Virus record (IMG/VR): IMGVR_UViG_3300010347_000503
Coordinates: 1 to 64,000 of that record
Strand: one strand, 5' to 3'
Source of the DNA: a virus
Taxonomy: Duplodnaviria; Caudoviricetes
DNA: 64,000 nt
The translations under genes were made by a program, and so were the position numbers. Position 1 is the first letter of the stretch. Every line of letters begins with the position of its first letter. The notes beneath the pieces are model-generated. The model was not told the DNA's origin. It searched no databases and saw only the letters and a list, made by a program, of their open reading frames with translations. Shown one piece after another: positions 56,863-64,000 of this stretch.

Positions 56863-57960
56863 ATGATAATAAAAATTCTAGGAATAATTTGTATAATATG
56901 CTCAATAATTTGCATATATAGTTTTTTACATTATACAAAAGAAATAAAAAATATACATAAATTAAATGCTAATATAGATGAACTAAATAAACAATCTAAA
57001 GAAATACAAAATGATATAGATAATAGGTTGCAACAAGTTGAAAATTTAAAAAATAAATTGTATAATATAAATAAAGAAATAAATGATAAAGTATATTATT
57101 CAGAACAAAAAATAAATTCTTTAGATAAAACTATTGAAGATAAACAAAAATATCTTGATAATATTCAACAAAATGTAACAAAAACTATTGATTCACAAAA
57201 ACAATTATCTCAATCAGCATTTGAAAATTATTGTGAAATTTTAATAAAAAATTATGAAGAAAAAGAAAAAGAATATGAACAAAGTATTCAAAAACTTAAT
57301 GATTCATATTTTAATATACAAAATAATATAAATAAAGATTTAGAACAAAAGAAAGAAGATAATCAAAAATATCTTGAAGAAGAAAAGCAAAAAATTGCGG
57401 AGGAGCTGTCTAAAGAACGGGAGATCTTAGAAAAAGTTCGTCAAACCCGCGCTGCCGCACTTCAAGCACAATTAAAAGAACAAGAAATTAAAGAAAAGCT
57501 TTCTTTCTATTGTTTAACTATAAAAGATTCTGAATTAGATGATATAAAAGTTCTTGAACGTGTTAAGGAACAGCTTCATGCCCCGCGTATACTGTCGATG
57601 CTAGTATGGCAAACTTACTTTCAGAAACCTATGACAAGTCTTTGTAATAATATTATAGGGACTGGAGTAAAAAGTGGAGTGTATAAAATAACTAATCAAA
57701 AAAATAATATCTGCTATATTGGTCAAGCGACTAATTTATCGGACCGTTGGAAACAACACGCAAAATGTGGATTAGGTATAGATACTCCTGTTGGAAATAA
57801 GTTATATAAAGCTATGAGAGAAGATGGCTTATGGAATTTTTCTTTTGAAGTTTTAGAGTTCTGCACGCCCGCAGAGTTAAATGAAAAAGAAAAATATTAT
57901 ATAGAATTATATCAATCAAAAGATTATGGATATAATAGTCAAAATGGAAATTCTAAATAA
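56863..57960 (+). CDS. TM plus coiled-coil plus C-terminal GIY-YIG nuclease-domain protein
   Basis: N-terminal hydrophobic helix, long heptad region, SGVYKITN...YIGQA...RWKQH and EKEKYYI. Confidence 0.75.
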   Translation: MIIKILGIICIICSIICIYSFLHYTKEIKNIHKLNANIDELNKQSKEIQNDIDNRLQQVENLKNKLYNINKEINDKVYYSEQKINSLDKTIEDKQKYLDNIQQNVTKTIDSQKQLSQSAFENYCEILIKNYEEKEKEYEQSIQKLNDSYFNIQNNINKDLEQKKEDNQKYLEEEKQKIAEELSKEREILEKVRQTRAAALQAQLKEQEIKEKLSFYCLTIKDSELDDIKVLERVKEQLHAPRILSMLVWQTYFQKPMTSLCNNIIGTGVKSGVYKITNQKNNICYIGQATNLSDRWKQHAKCGLGIDTPVGNKLYKAMREDGLWNFSFEVLEFCTPAELNEKEKYYIELYQSKDYGYNSQNGNSK

Positions 57961-57974
57961 AAGGAGAATATAAA

Positions 57975-58616
57975 ATGGCAAAAGTAGATTATGAAACTCA
58001 AGAAATTGATATTAATGAATTAGCCAATGCTCTTGTTGAAAATGTAAAGGGAGATATTAAAAGTTTCAATGATTTTATTGATCTGGATGCCGCATTAAAT
58101 AGAGAAATTGCGATAGGTGAAATTGAAGATGGTTTAGGCTCTGCGGTTGATGCTTATATCCGTTATTGGAATAAATGTGATGAAAATATTCCTATAGAAG
58201 ATCGTAAACCTATTAAACTTATTATTGACTCTTGTGGTGGATTTTTAACTGATAGTTTTACTATTATTGATGCAATTAAAATGAGTAAAACTCCTGTTAT
58301 TGGTATTTGCACAGGTAATGCTTATTCTGGTGGATTTTTTATTTTTATTTCTTGTAATAAGAGAATTGCATATCCACATTCTTCTTATTTGTTCCATGAA
58401 GGAGCTACTTCTAATGGAGGTACAGCCGGACAGTTTGCTAATTATGCTGCTTTTTATAAAAAACAATTAAATCAATTAAAAGATATTGTTATTGAAAATA
58501 CAAATATCACAGAAGAAGAATATAAAGATATTAAGAAAGATGATGTTTGGTATGATGCAAAAGAAGCTATTGAAAAAGGTATTGTTGATGAAATTGCGGA
58601 GGAATTTATAGTATGA
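57975..58616 (+). CDS. clpP: ClpP-like protease
   Basis: IIDSCGG, AYSGG (catalytic Ser), LFHE and W.DAKEAIEKGIVD. Confidence 0.75.
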   Translation: MAKVDYETQEIDINELANALVENVKGDIKSFNDFIDLDAALNREIAIGEIEDGLGSAVDAYIRYWNKCDENIPIEDRKPIKLIIDSCGGFLTDSFTIIDAIKMSKTPVIGICTGNAYSGGFFIFISCNKRIAYPHSSYLFHEGATSNGGTAGQFANYAAFYKKQLNQLKDIVIENTNITEEEYKDIKKDDVWYDAKEAIEKGIVDEIAEEFIV

Positions 58617-58661
58617 GGTCTTCAATAAATATAACGATAAATAAATTATTAGGAAAAGAAG

Positions 58662-59486
58662 GTGATTAAAATAGTTTTTACAAATACTTGGACAGGTAAT
58701 TGGGAAAATGCTTTCAGGGGATTAAGACATCCCCTAGAAAGTTATGCTAAATCTGATAGTGAATTTGGTATTGCAGATAATGATATTTGGATGGATGAGG
58801 TTGCTAATGATGTTGTATATTCATATATTAATAATTGGAAAGATGAAAGAATTGATCCAAATGAAGAAGAAATAAGAGAATGGTTATTTGATAATGGAGG
58901 ATATATTCGCGGAAGTGGGAAACAAGCTGGTGAATATGTTTTCATTGGTGCTAATGATCTTGATCTTGCACAGCGCATGATTAAGGCGGGGAATCCTAAT
59001 GATAAGTTTCTACGACAAATTTTTGTTAGTGTAGATATAACTGCTCCACTCTATTGGTGGAAAGAAATGGATACTTATAAAGTAGCAACTGTAGCTAATT
59101 CTACATCTACAATGCACAAATTAGCATCAACGCCAATTACAAAAGATTGCTTTGAAATGGACGATTATAATGGTTCACTTAAAGTGTATGATAGAGAGCC
59201 GTTCAATATTGATGATTATGTAGATGATATATGGGATAATATTATTGACTATTGTGAAACTCTTCGTAAAAGATACCTTGAAACAAAAAACATAAAATAT
59301 TGGAAAGAACTTATTCGTATTCTTCCTGAGTCTTGGCTACAAACACGTACATTTACTTGCAATTATGCTGTGCTTAGACAGATTTATCATTGGCGTAAGT
59401 CGCATAAACTGACCGAGTGGTGGTCTTTCTGTGACTGGATAAGATCTCTCCCATATGCTGAACAATTAATTACATTTGAAAATTAA
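58662..59486 (+). CDS. ThyX-like flavin-dependent thymidylate synthase (divergent)
   Basis: FLRQIFV..ITAPLYWWKEMDTY, NSTSTMH, ILPES and RKSHKL.EW. Confidence 0.5.
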   Translation: MIKIVFTNTWTGNWENAFRGLRHPLESYAKSDSEFGIADNDIWMDEVANDVVYSYINNWKDERIDPNEEEIREWLFDNGGYIRGSGKQAGEYVFIGANDLDLAQRMIKAGNPNDKFLRQIFVSVDITAPLYWWKEMDTYKVATVANSTSTMHKLASTPITKDCFEMDDYNGSLKVYDREPFNIDDYVDDIWDNIIDYCETLRKRYLETKNIKYWKELIRILPESWLQTRTFTCNYAVLRQIYHWRKSHKLTEWWSFCDWIRSLPYAEQLITFEN

Positions 59487-59537
59487 TAAAAATTATGATA
59501 TAATAATTATATATTAAAGGAAATGGAGAATTAAAAA

Positions 59538-59900
59538 ATGTCAAAGAAAGAAACTTTTATTAATGAAGTATTAGTGTTGGCGGGAGATGCTCCAGAAAAG
59601 GTATTCTCTCAGGATGCTCTTGATTTTTGGAATGGACTTCAAGTAAGTGGAGATAAGGAAAAACCAAAATTTACAGAGAATGGTAAATTGGTTTTAAATT
59701 ATATGAAAGAACATAAAGATCAGTATAATAATCTTTTTAAAGCAAAAGATATTGGTGAAGGTCTTGGTATCTCTTCAAGAACAGCATCTGGAGCAATGCG
59801 GAAGTTGGTAACAGATGGCTATGTAGAAAAAGTAGGAACTGATCCTATTGTTTATGCAATCACGTCAACGGGGATTGAGACTGATACTTCTGCAGAATAA
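59538..59900 (+). CDS. wHTH DNA-binding protein
   Basis: AKDIGEGLGISSRTASGAMRKLVTDGYVEK. Confidence 0.75.
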   Translation: MSKKETFINEVLVLAGDAPEKVFSQDALDFWNGLQVSGDKEKPKFTENGKLVLNYMKEHKDQYNNLFKAKDIGEGLGISSRTASGAMRKLVTDGYVEKVGTDPIVYAITSTGIETDTSAE

Positions 59901-59986
59901 AGTTGAAAAATTAAAAAAATTTTGATATAATTATTATATAGTCTTTAGAAAAATAAAGATATAAATTTTTAAGGAGAAAAGAAAAA

Positions 59987-60949
59987 ATGAGAAAAGCATT
60001 GAATAAGGTTACATTGAGTGGTAGAGTTTATGATCATAAGTTGGCACTGAAGACGGTACAGGACTCAAGCAAGCAGAGCTATGGTACAGAATTTATTAAT
60101 GGTACTATTGATATTGCTACAGATGATGCTTGTTTAAATATTGTTCAGGTACATTTTACTTATGTAACTGAAATGACAAAGCAGGGTAAGAAAAATGCAA
60201 CTTATACAGTTTTGAAGAATATTATTGATAATGGTAAGACTGTTATTGCTGATGGTAAGGATGTAGCACTTTGTGTTAAGGTTGATACAGCAATCGGTTT
60301 GAATGATTTTTATTCAACTCGTAATGGAGAAGAGACTCTGGTTTCCGCAAAGAGATGCGAGGGTGGTTTTGTATCAACAGTTAAGACCTTGCCTGAAGAG
60401 AAAGATAGAAATAAATTTGAGTGCGATATGTTGATTAATGGCACTCACGTAGTTGAAAAGGACGAAGAGAAAAATATTGCAGAAGATTATCTTGTAGTTA
60501 AAGGCGCAGTATTTGACTTTAGAGGTGCAATTCTTCCGGTTGAGTTTGTAGTTAAGAGCAAGGGTGGAATTAATTATTTTGAATCTCTTGATGCATCTCC
60601 AAAAAATATGACATTCACTAAAGTTTGGGGTTCCATTAATTGCACAACCATTGTTACTAAGAAAGAAGAGGAATCTGCATTCGGTGAAGCTATGGTAACA
60701 GAGTACACCAATACCAAGAGAGAGTGGATTGTAACAGGTACTTCTAAGCCGGATTCAACATATGAGATTGGCGATGAAAAGAATGGTATTACTGAAGATG
60801 AAATTAAGAAAGCTCTTGCTGATAGAGAAGTTAAATTGGCAGAAGTAAAGAAGAATCAGGAAGAGTGGCAGACAAAGAAAAATGCGGGAGATGAGGTTCC
60901 TTTTGGAAACACAAAGGCTCCTGCTGCGGATGGCGGATTTAACTTTTAA
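59987..60949 (+). CDS. Single-stranded DNA-binding protein-like (OB folds, acidic/aromatic tail)
   Basis: NKVTLSGRV start, beta-rich body, DEVPF...GFNF tail, and position in the replication cluster. Confidence 0.55.
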   Translation: MRKALNKVTLSGRVYDHKLALKTVQDSSKQSYGTEFINGTIDIATDDACLNIVQVHFTYVTEMTKQGKKNATYTVLKNIIDNGKTVIADGKDVALCVKVDTAIGLNDFYSTRNGEETLVSAKRCEGGFVSTVKTLPEEKDRNKFECDMLINGTHVVEKDEEKNIAEDYLVVKGAVFDFRGAILPVEFVVKSKGGINYFESLDASPKNMTFTKVWGSINCTTIVTKKEEESAFGEAMVTEYTNTKREWIVTGTSKPDSTYEIGDEKNGITEDEIKKALADREVKLAEVKKNQEEWQTKKNAGDEVPFGNTKAPAADGGFNF

Positions 60950-61112
60950 TCAAAGAATAAAAATAAAGGGGAGTAAAATTACTCCCCAATATTTTTAATC
61001 TATTTTTATGAACAATTCTTTTAATATAAAGAGAAATTAATTGCTGGGCGGTCAATGATCGTGTCCCAAAATCAAAAAGTTGTTTTGAATTTTTTTAAAG
61101 GAGATTTTTAAA

Positions 61113-62165
61113 ATGGCAAGTATTGATATTTTTAGTGTAAAACCTCATCAAGTAAGTCGTGATATGCGCGGTTATTCTGTATTTATGTATGGCGGATGGA
61201 AAACAGGTAAGACAACTACCGCAGTTAAATTCCCAAAGCATTTTTTGTTAGCTTTTGAAAAAGGTTACTCTGCAATTCCTGGAGCAATGGCTCAACCTAT
61301 TAATTCCTGGGGCGAATTTCGTCAAGTTCTTCGCCAGCTTAAAGAACCAAATGCGAAAACTATGTTTGAAACAATTATTGTCGATACCGCAGATATTGCA
61401 TATGACTATTGTGTAAAATATATCTGTGATAATTATACTAGACCCGATGGTGGAACTGGCGTAGATTCCGTATCTGATATTCCTTTTGGTAAGGGTTATG
61501 GAATGATTGAAAAAGAATTTGATTCTTGTCTTCGTCAGATTGTTCAATTAGGTTATGGTCTTGTAGTTATCTCTCATGAAACTGATAAGACTTTTAAAAA
61601 TGAAAGTGGAACAGAATATAATAAAATTGTTCCTACTCTTGATAAGAGAGCTAACAATGTTCTTGCAAGAATGAGCGATATTATCGGTTATACTAGATCC
61701 GTTCCAGATGAATCTGGTAAAGAAAAAGTTGTAATGTTTATGCGCGGTACTTCTCGTTATGAAGCTGGTTCTCGTTTTAAATATACACCTGATTATATTG
61801 ATTTAAGCTATGATAATCTTGTTAAAGCTATTGGAGATGCTTTGGATAAGCAAATGGAGGAAGATGGTTCTGATCTTTTCACAAAAGAGAGAGAAAATGT
61901 ACATCTTGATACTACAACCGATCTTGATTTTGATGATTTAATGAAGAGATTTAATACTATTATTGCTAATATTCCTGGCTCTTCTGATGGAAAAGCTGAG
62001 ACTGAAGAAGGTATTAAGTTTAGAGATTATTGGCAGCCAAGAATTACTCAAATCATTGAACGTTATCTTGGTAAAGGTAAGAAAGTACGTGATGTAACAA
62101 GAGAGCAAGTAGAAGCTATGGACTTAATTGTTACTGAATTGGAAGATATTATTAAAGAGAAATAA
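61113..62165 (+). CDS. AAA_24/Sak4-like ATPase
   Basis: YGGWKTGKTT, IIVDTAD and ISHE. Confidence 0.75.
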   Translation: MASIDIFSVKPHQVSRDMRGYSVFMYGGWKTGKTTTAVKFPKHFLLAFEKGYSAIPGAMAQPINSWGEFRQVLRQLKEPNAKTMFETIIVDTADIAYDYCVKYICDNYTRPDGGTGVDSVSDIPFGKGYGMIEKEFDSCLRQIVQLGYGLVVISHETDKTFKNESGTEYNKIVPTLDKRANNVLARMSDIIGYTRSVPDESGKEKVVMFMRGTSRYEAGSRFKYTPDYIDLSYDNLVKAIGDALDKQMEEDGSDLFTKERENVHLDTTTDLDFDDLMKRFNTIIANIPGSSDGKAETEEGIKFRDYWQPRITQIIERYLGKGKKVRDVTREQVEAMDLIVTELEDIIKEK

Positions 62166-62257
62166 TTAATGCGGGAGATAAGTTATCTCCCGCTTGATTT
62201 TATATAAAAATTATGATATAATTATAATATAGTATAAAAAAAGTAGGTGAAAAATAT

Positions 62258-62776
62258 ATGGGGCATCCTGTTATATGTGCAGTATGTGGGAAAAAATTTG
62301 ATAGGGACTTAGTTCAAGCAGTTAAATTCAGCGCCCGCCGCTATGCTCATTATGAATGTAAACCAGATGGAGAATTAGTTCCTTTAGATTTAAAAGAAGC
62401 AGATCCAGATCTTATTAAACTAAAAGAATATATAAAGTCTTTATTTGGAGATAATACTAATTGGGCATTAGTAAATAAGCAGATTAAAAAATTTAAAGAT
62501 GAAAATGGATATTCTTATTCGGGTATATTAAAGTCTTTAATATACTTTTTTGAAGTTAAAAACAATCCTATAAATAAAGCGAATAATTCTATAGGCATTG
62601 TGCCTTTTGTCTATAAAGATGCATATAATTATTACCTAGCTCTGTATATTGCACAGCAAGCTAATGAAAATAAGACAATTAATGTGCAAGTCAAAGAAAT
62701 AACAATAAAACCTCCAGAAAAACAAAATCATTTACGAAGAATATTTTTTGATTTGGAAGGGTGGGAAGAAGAATGA
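62258..62776 (+). CDS. Zinc-binding hypothetical protein upstream of the helicase
   Basis: CAVCG...HYEC. Confidence 0.65.
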   Translation: MGHPVICAVCGKKFDRDLVQAVKFSARRYAHYECKPDGELVPLDLKEADPDLIKLKEYIKSLFGDNTNWALVNKQIKKFKDENGYSYSGILKSLIYFFEVKNNPINKANNSIGIVPFVYKDAYNYYLALYIAQQANENKTINVQVKEITIKPPEKQNHLRRIFFDLEGWEEE

Positions 62777-64000
62777 AGAGTAGTCGTTATACAGAAATTT
62801 CTAATCTGGTTCAAGTAATTGGATGTGTATATAAAAATCCAAAAATATTTGAAAAAGAAGATAAATATACATTTAAAGAACATGATTTTTATGATGATTT
62901 TCATAAAATTGTATTTACTTGTATTTATCAGCTTTGGCAATTAGGAGCAAAAGAAATCACACTTCCCGCAATTGAAGATTATTTAAGTCAAAGACCTAAA
63001 GCTGCTGGATTCTTTAAAGCAAATAATGGTGCAGAATTTCTTTTGCGGGCGGCGGATAATGCAAATTTAAGTACCTTTGATTATTATTATAATAGAATGA
63101 AAAAAATGTCCTTACTTAGAGGTTATGAATCTTTAGGTATGGATCTTGATTGGCTTTATAATCCTGATGAAATTCATAATTTAAAGAAAAAACAAGAACA
63201 AGAAGATTGGTTAGATAATGCAACAGTAAGAGAAATTGACGAAAAAATTAATGATAAAATTGATGCAATTAGAGAAAGTTGCGTTGAAGATGTACAAGAG
63301 TATGGTTGTCAATTAGGCACAGGAATTGATGAATTACTTGATAATTTTGCTAAAACTCCTGCTATTGGTTATCCATTTTATGATATTTACTTTTCTACTG
63401 TAACTCGCGGAGCTCGCCTAGGGAAATTTTATTTGAGATCTGCCGCAACTAACGTAGGTAAAACTCGTGCAGCAATTGCAGATGCTTGTTATATTGGTTG
63501 CAGCCAAATGTATGATGCAGATCAGAAAAAATGGATTACGACAGGTGCCGCAGAATCAGTTTTATTTATTGCAACAGAACAAGAAATAGATGAAATTCAA
63601 CCATCCGCACTTGCGTTCTTATCAGGAGTTGAAGAAGATCATATTCAAATGAATAATTATTATGCTGGTGAATGGGAACGTATTGAAAAAGCTAAACAAT
63701 TATTAAAACAAGGAAAAGTTCAATTTGTTTGTTTACCAGATTTTGGAACTGAAGATATTGAAATTGTAATAAAGAAGTATATTAGAGAAAAACAAGTTAA
63801 ATATGTTTTCTTTGATTATATTCATACTTCAACAAAGATTATTTCTGAAATTGGCGGCGGCTCTGGTATTAAATTAAGAGAAGATAATATTCTTTTTCTT
63901 ATGTCGTCAAAATTGAAAGAGATTGCATTAAAGCATAGTGTATGTATAGTTTCAAGTACGCAGCTAAATGCATCATATCAGACATCTGAAACTCCAGATC
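62773..64000 (+). CDS. Replicative DnaB-like helicase (runs off the window end)
   Basis: Open frame from ATG 62773; SAATNVGKTR Walker A, FIATEQ, FDYI and STQLN; not in the ORF track. Confidence 0.85.
   Translation, partial: MKSSRYTEISNLVQVIGCVYKNPKIFEKEDKYTFKEHDFYDDFHKIVFTCIYQLWQLGAKEITLPAIEDYLSQRPKAAGFFKANNGAEFLLRAADNANLSTFDYYYNRMKKMSLLRGYESLGMDLDWLYNPDEIHNLKKKQEQEDWLDNATVREIDEKINDKIDAIRESCVEDVQEYGCQLGTGIDELLDNFAKTPAIGYPFYDIYFSTVTRGARLGKFYLRSAATNVGKTRAAIADACYIGCSQMYDADQKKWITTGAAESVLFIATEQEIDEIQPSALAFLSGVEEDHIQMNNYYAGEWERIEKAKQLLKQGKVQFVCLPDFGTEDIEIVIKKYIREKQVKYVFFDYIHTSTKIISEIGGGSGIKLREDNILFLMSSKLKEIALKHSVCIVSSTQLNASYQTSETPD

Noticed and set aside
39501-62940. Numerous minus-strand ORFs opposite ligase, gyrase, TROVE and other genes
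   Set aside because: They are shadow frames of well-supported + strand genes, with no RBS or motifs.
1-64000. Genome-wide TAG recoding (code 15)
   Set aside because: Long conserved genes are uninterrupted under the standard code, and TAG readthrough at 26393 or 15535 does not restore homologous sequence.

Overview
The window is an AT-rich, gene-dense segment of a large dsDNA bacteriophage, inferred to infect a low-GC Bacillota (Clostridia-like) host. No rRNA or core host housekeeping cluster is present, and nearly all genes are on the + strand behind consensus sigma70/sigmaA promoters. It has five blocks. (1) 1-15.4 kb is an early/accessory region of repeated cassettes: promoter, small ORF, terminator, GC hairpin, antisense promoter and a conserved 11-8-11 dyad site. 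It also carries clustered LexA-type boxes and CTAAC-N4-GTTAG arrays. (2) 15.7-18.1 kb is a minus-strand, plasmid-like replicon module: an RHH/CopG-type protein, a wHTH Rep-like protein with internal 27-bp repeats, and 14-bp iterons. (3) 18-27.5 kb holds metabolic and unknown genes (kinase-like, U32-like, M28-like, a frameshifted endonuclease). (4) 27.6-37 kb is an RNA-gene island: about 20 intact tRNAs including an amber suppressor, Ile(TAT) and Leu(AAG); tmRNA; two interrupted tRNA-Pro genes (one holding a PD-(D/E)XK nuclease ORF with no ribozyme core); tRNA-like RNAs; a repeated ACAGCAA stem family resembling Y RNAs; and several large structured ncRNA candidates. (5) 37-64 kb has Ro60/TROVE (group I intron, split ORF), amidase, phosphoesterases, RNA ligase, a Pnk-type kinase, PIN-PhoH, gyrase B/A, a SleB-like hydrolase, NAD ligase, ClpP, a ThyX-like protein, an SSB-like protein, an AAA ATPase and a truncated DnaB-like helicase. 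The most notable candidates are a possible protein-catalysed tRNA splicing/repair system, a possibly recombinable cassette array, and a possible stop-hop ribosomal bypass. All family calls are from motif recognition by eye; no searches were run.
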